DNA from: an uncultured delta proteobacterium
GTDB lineage: Bacteria; Desulfobacterota; BSN033; UBA1163
Reading direction: 5' to 3'
Assembly: GCA_963827685.1 (NCBI GenBank)
Contig: CAWHBU010000003.1
Location: 448,001-512,000, forward strand
DNA: 64,000 bases
This document shows, in pieces, positions 10,510-20,395 of this stretch. Position numbers and translations under genes: made by a program. Within the stretch, counting starts at the first letter, position 1. Every line of letters begins with the position of its first letter. The notes under the pieces were generated by a model, which saw only the letters and a list, made by a program, of their open reading frames with translations, did not search any database and was not told the DNA's origin.

Positions 10510-11628
10510 ATGAAGGAGTTGCCCAAAGAGATACTGGATCTTGACGAAATGATCCTGTCCTATATCCGGAGGGGTGCGGATCATCGGGACTCAGAAGAGT
10601 TCAATCGCCTTGCCCTCCGGGTCTTCGATCTCCAGTTTAAATATATCTCTATCTACAGACGTTACTGCGAGAAGCGTGGGAAAAACCCGGAGAATATTTC
10701 TTCTTGGGACCAGATTCCCGCTCTCCCCACAGATGCCTTCAAAGTAATGGAGCTCGCCATGCTTCCCTCCCATACGGTGCGGACTTTTATGACCAGCGGG
10801 ACGACAAATCCCGAGGAAAGGGGAAAAGTCAATTATGATGAAGGAGGACTCAGGCTCATGGACGCCACCATTTATGAAGCCGCCTCTGTCTTCCTCTTTC
10901 CCGACCGAATTAAGACAACCATTCTGATCATCGCTCCCTCCCCTGATATCGTCCCCTATATGATTATGGCCTATGGGATGAATCGATTGAAGAACAATTT
11001 TGGATCCCCCCAGAGTCGTTTTCTTATAGGCAAGGAAGGCTTCGACATTAGCGTACTGATTGATGAGCTACGCCGTTCTGAAACAGAGGGTTTTCCAATA
11101 ACGATCTGCGGGGCCTCTTTCGGCTTTGTCAATGTCTTCGATACCTGCCGTGAGAGGAATGTAAAGTTCAGACTTCCCCCAGGTTCTCGCACGCTCGACG
11201 CCGGAGGATTTAAAGGAAAAAGCAGAGAAGTGAAACGAGATGAGTTCGTCAACGATTGTGAGGAATTCCTCGGGATCGCAAAGGACTATTGTATTAATCT
11301 TCTGGGAATGACAGAAATCAGCTCTCAGTTTTATGACAATACCTTGAGGAATGCCCATAAGGGAATGAATATCCCAAAAGCCAAGATCAACCCTCCCTGG
11401 ACAAGAACCCTGGTGGTCGATCCGGATACCCTGGAACCTCTTCCCCCAGGAAAGATCGGTCTGCTCCGACACTTTGACCTTGCTAATAGAGGGCATATCC
11501 TGGCCGTTCAGACCGATGACCTGGGAAGAATAACTTCAGAAGGGTTTGAGATCTATGGTAGGACCAAAGAAGGTGAGGCAAGAGGCTGTTCTTTGACGAT
11601 CGATGAGATGACCCAAATAAGAACTTGA
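10510..11628 (+). CDS. LuxE-like acyl-protein synthetase
   Basis: IPALPTDAFK, FMTSGTT, GGFKG, GMTE, QTDDLG, GR...EARGCS; the start is probably ATG 10510. Confidence 0.85.
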   Translation: MKELPKEILDLDEMILSYIRRGADHRDSEEFNRLALRVFDLQFKYISIYRRYCEKRGKNPENISSWDQIPALPTDAFKVMELAMLPSHTVRTFMTSGTTNPEERGKVNYDEGGLRLMDATIYEAASVFLFPDRIKTTILIIAPSPDIVPYMIMAYGMNRLKNNFGSPQSRFLIGKEGFDISVLIDELRRSETEGFPITICGASFGFVNVFDTCRERNVKFRLPPGSRTLDAGGFKGKSREVKRDEFVNDCEEFLGIAKDYCINLLGMTEISSQFYDNTLRNAHKGMNIPKAKINPPWTRTLVVDPDTLEPLPPGKIGLLRHFDLANRGHILAVQTDDLGRITSEGFEIYGRTKEGEARGCSLTIDEMTQIRT

Positions 11629-11697
11629 AGGTAGAACGTGGAATGTAGAGTGTAGTCTTAACAATCAGTCTATAATTGTATAGACACTCGCCCCTGT

Positions 11698-11812
11698 TTT
11701 GTCATTCCTGGCTTGACCAGGAATCCAGTCTTTTCTCTGGATTCCCGCTCCCCGATCAGAGCCTGCCCCGGACTTGATCTGAGGTCGAGTACAAGCTTCG
11801 CGGGAATGAGAC
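11698..11812. repeat. REP-like palindromic element (GTCATTCC...GGAATCCAG...CTGGATTCCCGC...GCGGGAATGA)
   Basis: Nested inverted repeats in the luxE-luxC intergenic space. Confidence 0.6.
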
Positions 11813-11894
11813 TATGTCTTGCCAATTATGGACCCCTTAGTAACTACTTTCCACTCTCTACTGGCTACTCTCGAATTTATCAAAAGGAGATTTG

Positions 11895-13352
11895 ATGGAG
11901 ATCATCGAAGTAGATGCATACTACCTTCCTCCAGGTTTTAGGTCCCAGGTGAAAGACTTCAGAACCGAGGTCTATCAGGACGAAAACATCACGATTCATC
12001 TAAAAATCCCTCTGATCAGCAGATCTTTAGTCGAAACCCTGACCCATCAACTTAAGAAGAATAGAGAAGCATACCTCGCCAGCCTTCCTATTAAGCGTAT
12101 CATCGATGTCCTTGATGAGGCATCTAGGAAGTGGCTGGAAAGAGATTATCTGCTTCGGAATCTCGCGCTCAAGACCATACCTGCCATCACCCATTTCTCT
12201 CGTGAGGTGGTGGAGGCAAGTATCGATGTGGAGATGGAGAGTTCCTTGCGGGAGGACATCTGGCGTGCCCTCTGCTCTGAAATCAAAAATCCTCTCTTTC
12301 TTGATGATTTTCAATACTCCCCGGAGCTGGCGGGTTATAGCCGGGCTTTTGGCCCGAAGCTCATCATCTCCGTCTTCTCTGAGAATATTCCTGCCCTACC
12401 CCATCTCCTCTTCATGAGGGCGGCCCTTCTGAAGGCCGCTTGTCTGGGAAAAGTGGCCGCAGGAGAGCCGACCTTTGCTCCACTCTATCTCAAGACGATC
12501 GAAGAGATCGATCCGGATATGGCTGAATCCATGTCTGTCCTTTACTGGCGGGGAGGAGAAGAAGAGATTGAACAGGCAGCCTTTCATCAAGCCGATGCCG
12601 TCATCATGTTCGGCGGCGTAGAGGCTTGTGAATCCCTCAGAGAGAAGATCCCCCGGGGGGTGAAGGCTCTTCTCCATGGCCACAAGCTGGGCTTTGGAAT
12701 CATCGGCCGGAAGAGATTGTGTCGTCAAGGATTGGAGGAGCTGGCAGCCTCTGTTGCATACGATTGCTCTATGTTCGACCAACAGGCATGCCTCGCTCCC
12801 CATATCTATTATCTGGAAGCAGGGGGTGAGGTCTCTCCAAAAGAATTCTGCCAAACCCTGGCGGAAGCCATGGAGCGTTTAAATCTAAAGATGCCCAGAG
12901 GGAAGATTTCCCCCGGGGAGGCGTCGGCCATCCATCAGCTCAGAGCCAAGTATGAGTTCAGGGAGTTAAATGGCGAGGAAGTTCTGTTGATCGCCTCTCC
13001 CCATGGAACAGATTGGACGGTCATCTATGAAAAGGACCCAGGAATCTTCTCTCCCTCTTTGTTGAATCGTTTCATCCGGATCTGCGGGGTGGAAGATATC
13101 TTCCAGATACTGCCTCCCCTAAAGTCTATCGCTCCTTATTTGCAGAATGCAGCCGTGGCTATCAGGGATGAGCGTGAAAAGGACTTTATCAGGAGATTGG
13201 GGGAGTTGGGGTTGGCTCGAATTACTTCTCCTGGAAAGATGCCCGTCCCCTCCATGATGTGGCATCATGATGGAATTTCTCCTTTGGCCTCTTTGCTTCG
13301 ATGGTGTGATGTGGAGAAGAAGGATCGGGAAGGTGACACGGAAAAGAAATAA
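11895..13352 (+). CDS. LuxC-like acyl-CoA reductase
   Basis: ENIP, VLYWRGG, MFGG, HGHKLGF, FDQQACLAP, WHHDG. Confidence 0.85.
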   Translation: MEIIEVDAYYLPPGFRSQVKDFRTEVYQDENITIHLKIPLISRSLVETLTHQLKKNREAYLASLPIKRIIDVLDEASRKWLERDYLLRNLALKTIPAITHFSREVVEASIDVEMESSLREDIWRALCSEIKNPLFLDDFQYSPELAGYSRAFGPKLIISVFSENIPALPHLLFMRAALLKAACLGKVAAGEPTFAPLYLKTIEEIDPDMAESMSVLYWRGGEEEIEQAAFHQADAVIMFGGVEACESLREKIPRGVKALLHGHKLGFGIIGRKRLCRQGLEELAASVAYDCSMFDQQACLAPHIYYLEAGGEVSPKEFCQTLAEAMERLNLKMPRGKISPGEASAIHQLRAKYEFRELNGEEVLLIASPHGTDWTVIYEKDPGIFSPSLLNRFIRICGVEDIFQILPPLKSIAPYLQNAAVAIRDEREKDFIRRLGELGLARITSPGKMPVPSMMWHHDGISPLASLLRWCDVEKKDREGDTEKK

Positions 13353-13374
13353 TCGAGAAGGAGAGAGAACAACC

Positions 13375-14550
13375 ATGCGTTATTCCATAGCAACCAATTG
13401 GGATTTCGGTTTACTGGAGAGGCTGGAGGGAACTTCTGTTCAAAGCCTCTACGGACAGATGTGGAACGACCCTCTGGGGGGCGGGCGGATGGCCCTCTTC
13501 ATTCCCAAAGTGGGAAAGAAAGAAGTGGCCTCCTTTATCGCCGAGGGGCGAAAGAGAGGTCTCAGTTTCAATTACCTCGTCAACGCCACCTGTTTTGATA
13601 ATCTGGAGTTCACCAAGAAGGGATATAAGAAGATCGTAGAGCACATCGAATGGATCTCCTCGACTGGGGCCAACATGGTCACGGTTACCCTGCCCTTCCT
13701 TCTCCAGATGGTAAAGAGGGATTTCCCGCACCTAAAGGTCTGCGTCTCCTCTTTTGCCCGTATCCAGAATATTCACCTCGCTCATTACTGGGAAGATTTG
13801 GGAGCGGATAAGATCATCCTTCCCGAACTGATTGGCCGTGATTTTCGGGCCCTGCGCTCCATCCGGGAGGCCGTCGATTGCGAGCTTGAGCTGATCGCCA
13901 ATCACTGCTGCCTCTTTCAATGTCCTCTCGATCTCCACCATCGGAATATGGTTTCCCATGGCTCGCAGGAGGGTCATCCATGCGGAGGTTTCGCACCGGA
14001 CTACTGCAAGCTTGCCTGCCAGCGCCTGAAGCTGTTTCGGCCTGCTGAATTGATCAAGTCCCGCTGGATACGGCCTGAGGATGTGTCCGATTACGAGGTC
14101 ATGGGAATAGACTGTTTGAAGCTCATAGAGAGATTCAGGGGAACGGAAAGCTTAGTTCAGATTCTCAATGCCTATGAGCGAAAAAGCTATAAAGGAAATC
14201 TGGTGGAGCTCTTGTCACTCCCCCAGCAAGGAGCCTTCCTATCACCCAATATGGAAGTCCTCCAACGAACCGACCTCATCGAGCCTGAGGTTATGGAAGA
14301 AGCGATGGAAGTCCTCAAGGAGCCTTTTCCCGGAAAAGTCTTTATCGACAACTCGAAGCTGAACGGCTTTCTCGACTATTTCAAAAAAACCGACTGCTTT
14401 CACACAGATTGCAACCGCTGCGGTTATTGTGAACAGATGGCTTCCAAGGCTGTCTCCATTGATGAAGAATGGAGAAAAGAGATGATTTCCAGATTTGAGA
14501 AGGCCATAGATATCTTAATCACAGGAGAGATCGCTGGTTTCGGACAATAA
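13375..14550 (+). CDS. U32 'peptidase' family Fe-S protein
   Basis: GGGR, FNYLVNATC, LELIANHCCLFQCP, YCKLAC, WIRPEDV, LKLIER; C-terminal C..C..C..C cluster. Confidence 0.8.
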   Translation: MRYSIATNWDFGLLERLEGTSVQSLYGQMWNDPLGGGRMALFIPKVGKKEVASFIAEGRKRGLSFNYLVNATCFDNLEFTKKGYKKIVEHIEWISSTGANMVTVTLPFLLQMVKRDFPHLKVCVSSFARIQNIHLAHYWEDLGADKIILPELIGRDFRALRSIREAVDCELELIANHCCLFQCPLDLHHRNMVSHGSQEGHPCGGFAPDYCKLACQRLKLFRPAELIKSRWIRPEDVSDYEVMGIDCLKLIERFRGTESLVQILNAYERKSYKGNLVELLSLPQQGAFLSPNMEVLQRTDLIEPEVMEEAMEVLKEPFPGKVFIDNSKLNGFLDYFKKTDCFHTDCNRCGYCEQMASKAVSIDEEWRKEMISRFEKAIDILITGEIAGFGQ

Positions 14551-14679
14551 ACCCCGTTAGAAACTCCAGTCGTTGCGACTCGAAACCGAGCGGGGCATTA
14601 AACCCTGCCGGAATTATTCTAAAATCTAACCCCGCTACAGCGGGACTGCAGAGCAGCGGAGCATTATTTCTAACGGGGT
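14551..14679. mobile_element. MITE-like element with ACCCCGTTAGAAA...TTTCTAACGGGGT ends (copy 1 of 4)
   Basis: 13-bp terminal inverted repeats; related copies at 20237, 45367 and 45646. Confidence 0.75.
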
Positions 14680-14754
14680 AAACGGACATAAACCATCAGC
14701 CTCGGTAGGACGCCAGGAACCCTTCATTGATAAGAAGGTCAGAAAAACTTTTTA

Positions 14755-14814
14755 CCCGCCCACCTCTCCGAGGCGATTCAATACCGCAGCTTAGATAGGA
14801 ACCTTATTGCCTGA
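14755..14814 (+). repeat. Direct repeat of the comM 3' end (att-like copy 1)
   Basis: Encodes [19 protein letters not shown], matching 4206-4265. Confidence 0.9.
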
Positions 14815-14889
14815 CGATAGAAAATTCGATTCTATTTACAAATCGATAAAAAATCTCTATATTATAGGTAAATACAGGAGGAACGAACG

Positions 14890-15120
14890 GTGAGAACAGA
14901 AAATCTCAAGACAAGGGCAAAGAGATTGCTTGATCATTTGTCGGAGGATAAGGCAAAAGCAGCTGTTTCCTTTTTGGAATTTTTGGAAGAGAAAGAGTGT
15001 TGGGAAGCCACCAAAGAAATTCTTAAGGATAGAATATTGATGACAAGCATCCAAAAGGGAAAAGAAGACATTGCTAAAGGGAGAGTGAAGCCTTGGAGAG
15101 AGGTCAAAAAAAATGTTTGA
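14890..15120 (+). CDS. Putative antitoxin
   Basis: 76 aa, overlaps the RelE-like gene; ends in EDIAKGRVKPWREVK, typical of RelE-associated antitoxins. Confidence 0.7.
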   Translation: MRTENLKTRAKRLLDHLSEDKAKAAVSFLEFLEEKECWEATKEILKDRILMTSIQKGKEDIAKGRVKPWREVKKNV

Positions 15121-15373
15121 GGTTTATCTCTCCCACGAAGCAGAGAAAATCTACCTCAAGGCCAATCCGAAGACAACCCGATTGCTTGATCATTGTTTTA
15201 AAAATCTCGAAGACTCACCTTTGTTTGGGCCGAATATCAAGCGTCTAAAAGGTGGACTTGAAGGGAGTTTCCGTTACCAAATGGGAGGACTGCGAGTCAT
15301 CTATAGCGTGGATATAGAATTAAAGAAAATTTTTATCGAAACCATTGGCCCCAGAGGGGATGTATATAAATAA
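15113..15373 (+). CDS. RelE/ParE family toxin
   Basis: IKRLKG.L.G.FRY..G.LRVIY, IGPRGDVYK. Confidence 0.85.
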   Translation: MFEVYLSHEAEKIYLKANPKTTRLLDHCFKNLEDSPLFGPNIKRLKGGLEGSFRYQMGGLRVIYSVDIELKKIFIETIGPRGDVYK

Positions 15374-15392
15374 AAATGATGATTAAAGAGTC

Positions 15393-15457
15393 TCCAACCC
15401 GCCCACCTCTCCGAGGCGATTCAATACCGGACTTTAGATCGAAACCTCATTTCCTGA
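15393..15457 (+). repeat. Direct repeat of the comM 3' end (att-like copy 2)
   Basis: Encodes [20 protein letters not shown]. Confidence 0.9.
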
Positions 15458-15466
15458 CCGCCCCCC

Positions 15467-15928
15467 TCATACCATTTCCGGTTTCAGAAGCCAGTCCACT
15501 GCCCATCTTCCGGGCTCCTTCTTTTCCAGACATAAGATGGCGCTGTATCGAAACAGGACGGCCTTTGAACCCTCGTCCCCGCAAACAAGAAAGGAGGCAA
15601 GCTTCTCCAAGAACGGCAGGTGGCCGACAACCATCAGGTCCTCCGCCTCTCTGGATATCCGTTCGACCCACGGACGGACGTCATCGTTCGGATTGAGCCC
15701 CTGGCCAACCTGAGCAGACAGACCTAAAGCCTTCGCAACGATCCCAGCGGTCTGCTCGGCCCTCCTCTTCCCGCTGTGATAGATTCTTGAAGGACGAATG
15801 CCCAGCCTTTTTGCGGCGCTAGAGATTTCGCTCGTCTCCTCTTCTCCTCTAACTGTCAGTGAGCGTTCCGGATCTTCAGCTTCGGACCTGGCCTCTCCGT
15901 GCTGCATGAGATAGAGTCTCACAGACAT
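15467..15928 (-). CDS. sixA: Phosphohistidine phosphatase SixA
   Basis: LYLMQHGEA, R.LT..G, HSGKRRAEQTA, VVGHLPFL. Confidence 0.9.
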   Translation of the reverse strand: MSVRLYLMQHGEARSEAEDPERSLTVRGEEETSEISSAAKRLGIRPSRIYHSGKRRAEQTAGIVAKALGLSAQVGQGLNPNDDVRPWVERISREAEDLMVVGHLPFLEKLASFLVCGDEGSKAVLFRYSAILCLEKKEPGRWAVDWLLKPEMV

Positions 15929-16331
15929 CACCTCCCTGCAAAACAGTATACCACGTGCCCTTAGAAATCTTAACCTTTTAAGTATCCTGCTCTAATTGCA
16001 AACAGAGACTAATTAGAATCACGCACGCGGCGATTTACTCAATCCAGTCCCGTTCCTGCACGGCCAGACTTAAAGTTCCTAACCATACCCATTTTAACAC
16101 GTCATGCTTTCGTTCCATTGATCAAATAGTTGACAAAATTTGTAATCCTTCAGGAGAATTTCAATTTTCGGTTCACATTAAGAATTACCAAAAACCTTTA
16201 TAGCTCAAATAGTTGCAGAGCGAGATTTCGGAAATTCTCTTTTGGCATATATCTTGCGAAGAATAAAAACGAGAAAAACTAAAGCAAACTCTTTGAAATC
16301 AAATTAACTCCGCAGCTCGAGGAACAAAACG

Positions 16332-16505
16332 ATGAAAGATGATGAAGTTTTAACCACCGATGAGGCAATCCGTTATCTAAAAATCTCTAGACCCACGTTT
16401 CTGAAATACATTCGTCTTGGAATAATCAACGCCATCAAAGCAGGAAATGGTTTTAGAGTTCTCCATTCAGAATTATATCGATTCTTAAAGGGAGAGGAGA
16501 AATAA
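16332..16505 (+). CDS. Excisionase-like HTH_17 DNA-binding protein (57 aa)
   Basis: Not in the ORF track. MKDDEVLTTDEAIRYLKISRPTFLKYIRLGIINAIKAGNGFRV..., with GAGG RBS. Confidence 0.8.
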   Translation: MKDDEVLTTDEAIRYLKISRPTFLKYIRLGIINAIKAGNGFRVLHSELYRFLKGEEK

Positions 16506-16542
16506 GAGGACTAAATACTACCTGTTTTATGGGCTTAACAAG

Positions 16543-19488
16543 ATGAAAGATCAAAATAAGTCGAAGAAGCAACTTATCAATGAATTAATGGAATTGCGCC
16601 AACGAATTGGTGAACTGGAAAAATCGGAAAAGGAGCATCTGTCTGTCTATCGCGCTCTTTTCGAGGGGTCTAGAGATGCAATCTATATTACCGCTCGAGA
16701 GGGAGAGTTCCTTGATGTCAACCAATCTATGTTAGATCTGTTCGGATATTCCAGGGAAGAAATGATCGGCCTCAACGCCCGAAAGACATATGTCTATCCC
16801 GAGGATCGAACAAAGTTTCAGCAGGAGATAGAGCGAAGGGGGTTTGTTAGAGACTATGAGATAAAGTTACGCAAGAAAAACGGAATAGAGATGGAGTGTC
16901 TGTTTACTGCGACTGTGAGGTGGGCCGATGATGGGAATATTCTAGGATACCAAGGCATCATTCGTGACATCACCGAGCACAAGCAAGTTTTAGAAGTACT
17001 ACGTACCGAAAAGCAAAGGTTTCAAACGCTATCGGAGAATGCTCCGTTCGGTATAGTGATGATCAATAAAGATGGTGCTTTTGAATACATCAACCCTAAA
17101 TTTAGAGAATTGTTCGGCTATGATCTAAATGACGTTCCTGATGGAAGAACCTGGTTTAGAAAAGCATACCCTGACCCAACCTACAGACATAATGTTATCT
17201 CCACCTGGGTTAATGATTTAGACAGCTCCACCCCAGGAGAAAAAAGGCTCAGGACTTTTTCAGTGACCTGCAAAGACGGAACGGAAAAGATCATCAATTT
17301 TGCTACTGTCCAATTGGAGACAAGCGAAAATTTGATGGCTTGTGAGGATATCACTGAGCGAAAGCGAGCGGAGGAGACACTCCGAGAAAGCGAAGAGAGA
17401 TATAGAAGTATTCTTGAAAACATCCAGGACGGTTATTTTGAGGTTGACCTTACTGGTAATTTTACCTTCGTTAATGGCGTGATCTGCAAACGTCTCGGAT
17501 ATTCCAGAGAGGAATTGATTGGAATGAACAACCGGCAGTACACAGATGAAACCACCGCTCAAAAAACGTATCAGCTCTACAACAGAGTCTACAGAACAGG
17601 GGAACCGGTTAGGAGCTTTGAGGAGGAAATTATCAGAAAGGACGGGACTAGGGAGATTTACGAACTTTCGGTATCTCTTATAAGGGACTCAGAAGGGAAA
17701 CCGATTGGATTCCGGGGTATTTCTCGAGACATTACCGAGCGCAAGCGCGCGGAGGAGGCATTGAGGGAGAGCGAAGAGAAATATCGAACCATTCTTGAAA
17801 GCATCCAGGAAGGTTATTTTGAGGTTGACCTTGCTGGTAACTGTACTTTCGCTAATGACGCGCGGTGCCGAAGCCTCGGATATACCAAAGAGGAATTGAT
17901 CGGAATGAACAACCGGCAGTTTGAAGATAAAGAGAACGCAAAGAAAGTGTATCAAGCTTTTAATCGAGTCTACAGAACAGGGGAACCGGTTAGGAGCGTT
18001 GATGAGGAAGTTATCAGAAAAGACGGGACCAAAGCCTTTAGCGAACTTTCGGTATCTCTTATAAGGGACTCAGAAGGGAAACCGATTGGATTCCGGGGTA
18101 TTTCTCGAGACATTACCGAGCGCAAGCGTGCGGAGGAGGCATTGCGCCGAAGTGAGGAGAGGGCCACGCAACTCTCTCGAGAGAATGCGATCATGGCCGA
18201 AATTGGGCGAATCGTTAGCTCAACCTTAAAAATTGAAGAAGTGTATAAACGTTTCGCTGAAGAAGCCCGTGAACTTATCCCCTTCGACCGGATTTCAATC
18301 AACACCATCAATCCTGACCGCACTTCTATCACCATAGCGTATTTCTTTGGAGTTAAGATTGAAGAGAGCGAAGAAGGACTCGTTCTCCCTCTGGATCGCC
18401 CATTTTTCGAATATATCCTGAACAGGCAGTCAGGCTTCCTCATCCATCCCCAGGACGAAAGTGAGTTGACAGAACGTTTTCCCAACTTTGTAAGGCATTT
18501 TCGGGTCGGAATTCGGACGATGATAGCGGTTCCATTGATATCAAAGGATCAAGCGATAGGGATTCTTCACATTCAATCGCTGAAGCCAAACGCCTACACC
18601 GAATCGGATGTGAGACTGGCCGAAAGGGTAGGCAATCAGATTGCCGGTGCAATTGCCAACGCACAGCTCTTTACTGCTCGTCAGCGAGCGGAGGAAGAGC
18701 TTCGAAAAGCTCACGAAATGTTAGAAAAAAGGGTGGAGGAACGGACAGCCGAATTATCAAAAGCAAATGAGCTTTTGAAACAGGAGATTGCTGAGCGCGA
18801 GCAAATGCAGGAAAAGCTCCTTATCTCTGAGCGGCTGGCCACTCTCGGGCTTTTCTCTGGCAGCATTTCCCACGAGTTGAAGAATCCCCTGAGCACGATA
18901 GATAGTTCAGTATACTACCTTAAGACAAAGTTAAAAGACGCCGATGAAAAGGTGCGGACACACCTTGACCGTATCAAGTCCTCTGTAGGCAGTTCGTTAG
19001 CCATTATTGATAGCCTTCGTAACCTTACTCAAATAAAGGAACCACGGTTACAAAGAACTGACCTCAAATCCGTTACATTGGATGCAATCGCTAACGCTGA
19101 AGTACCGGAAACGGTCAATGTCATACGAAATATCACGGAGCAAGAGGTTTTGGTCAATGCAGACCCGGAACAGCTCAAAATGGCCTTTAAAAACATAGTG
19201 AAGAATGCAATCCAGGCAATGGATGGCAAGGGGACATTGGAGGTAACGGTCGGGAAGATTGACGATCAGGTTGAAGTATCCTTTACGGACACCGGCCCGG
19301 GCATTGCTTCGGAGAACCTAGATAAGATCTTTCAGCCGCTTTTTAGCACCAAGGCCAAGGGCCTCGGCTTTGGCCTCTCTATTTCCAAGATGATTATTGA
19401 CAAGCACAGTGGTACGATACAAGCCAAATCCGAACCAGGAAAGGGAGCCACGATCCTCATCCGTCTTTCTCTAAATACACAATCCTAA
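16543..19488 (+). CDS. Multi-PAS/GAF sensor histidine kinase
   Basis: Four PAS/PAC units (RDITERK), a GAF domain, H-box SHELKNPL, and N/G1/F/G2 boxes. Confidence 0.95.
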   Translation: MKDQNKSKKQLINELMELRQRIGELEKSEKEHLSVYRALFEGSRDAIYITAREGEFLDVNQSMLDLFGYSREEMIGLNARKTYVYPEDRTKFQQEIERRGFVRDYEIKLRKKNGIEMECLFTATVRWADDGNILGYQGIIRDITEHKQVLEVLRTEKQRFQTLSENAPFGIVMINKDGAFEYINPKFRELFGYDLNDVPDGRTWFRKAYPDPTYRHNVISTWVNDLDSSTPGEKRLRTFSVTCKDGTEKIINFATVQLETSENLMACEDITERKRAEETLRESEERYRSILENIQDGYFEVDLTGNFTFVNGVICKRLGYSREELIGMNNRQYTDETTAQKTYQLYNRVYRTGEPVRSFEEEIIRKDGTREIYELSVSLIRDSEGKPIGFRGISRDITERKRAEEALRESEEKYRTILESIQEGYFEVDLAGNCTFANDARCRSLGYTKEELIGMNNRQFEDKENAKKVYQAFNRVYRTGEPVRSVDEEVIRKDGTKAFSELSVSLIRDSEGKPIGFRGISRDITERKRAEEALRRSEERATQLSRENAIMAEIGRIVSSTLKIEEVYKRFAEEARELIPFDRISINTINPDRTSITIAYFFGVKIEESEEGLVLPLDRPFFEYILNRQSGFLIHPQDESELTERFPNFVRHFRVGIRTMIAVPLISKDQAIGILHIQSLKPNAYTESDVRLAERVGNQIAGAIANAQLFTARQRAEEELRKAHEMLEKRVEERTAELSKANELLKQEIAEREQMQEKLLISERLATLGLFSGSISHELKNPLSTIDSSVYYLKTKLKDADEKVRTHLDRIKSSVGSSLAIIDSLRNLTQIKEPRLQRTDLKSVTLDAIANAEVPETVNVIRNITEQEVLVNADPEQLKMAFKNIVKNAIQAMDGKGTLEVTVGKIDDQVEVSFTDTGPGIASENLDKIFQPLFSTKAKGLGFGLSISKMIIDKHSGTIQAKSEPGKGATILIRLSLNTQS

Positions 19489-19501
19489 GGAGGAATAGGC
19501 A

Positions 19502-20265
19502 ATGTCAAAAAAGTTAAGGATACTCGTTGTTGATGACAATCCTGAGTTCTGCCAGAACTTGGCCGATATATTGGAAACGGAGGGTTGCGAAGCGGCCACT
19601 GCCTATGATGGATTCAAAGCCCTTGAGGCAGTCAAACAGAAGGGCTTTGACTTAGTATTCATAGATATCAAGATGCCGGTGATGAACGGGGTGGAGACCT
19701 TCAAGAAGATGAAGGAAATAGCACCAGGAACCTCGGTCATTATGATGAGTGCGTATGCTGTGGAAGATCTCATCAAAGAGGCGCTCCAGGAACAAGCTTT
19801 TGGCTTCCTTAAGAAACCTGTGGACTTTGAAAAACTCTATAAACTTATTGAACAAGCTACTGCGAAGGGGGGCTCATCCTTGTGGTGGATGACGATCAGG
19901 AGTTCTGTGCCAATATAAACAATATTCTCACGGATAAAGGGTACCGAGTGAGTACCGCCCACGATGGCAACATGGCGATAGAGAAAGTATGGGAGAATAA
20001 TTTTGACATCATCCTTCTTGACATGAAGTTGCCTCCGCTGAATGGATTGGAGACCTACCTGGCCATCCGGGAGATTCGTTCGAAGGTGGCAGTCATTGTC
20101 ATTACCGGGTATCTACAGGAGATGGGCGATTTAGTACAAAAGGCTTTGCAAGAGTCTGCCTATGTCTGCATGGAGAAGCCCGTAGATATGGACAAACTGA
20201 TTTCACTCCTTGATAAAATTAAGGAACAGAAAGTAAACCCCGTTAGAAAGTCTTCTGCTTTCTAA
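19502..20265 (+). CDS. Tandem two-receiver response regulator with a frameshift in the G6 run near 19866-19872
   Basis: The first receiver is ILVVDDN...DIKMP...KKP. The second, LILVVDDD...DMKLP...EKP, lies in a shifted frame. The C-terminus is replaced by a MITE. Confidence 0.8.
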
Positions 20266-20358
20266 CGGGAAGGCTCACAGGAGGCATTAAACCTCGCATT
20301 CGCTGAAAAAGGAATAGTTTTCATCCCCGCTGCAAGGAGCAGGGCTTTCTAACGGGGT
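20237..20358. mobile_element. MITE-like element (ACCCCGTTAGAAA family, copy 2)
   Basis: Same terminal inverted repeats; GTAAAC is present at both junctions. Confidence 0.7.
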
Positions 20359-20395
20359 AAACGGCGCTCTCCCAAGACCTTAAAGATAGGACTCT

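Noticed and set aside
10510-13352. Bioluminescence (lux) operon
   Set aside because: No luxA/luxB or luxD; only the acid-reductase components are present.
17340-18145. Internal ~380-bp DNA duplication in the kinase
   Set aside because: Ordinary PAS-domain duplication, common in such kinases.
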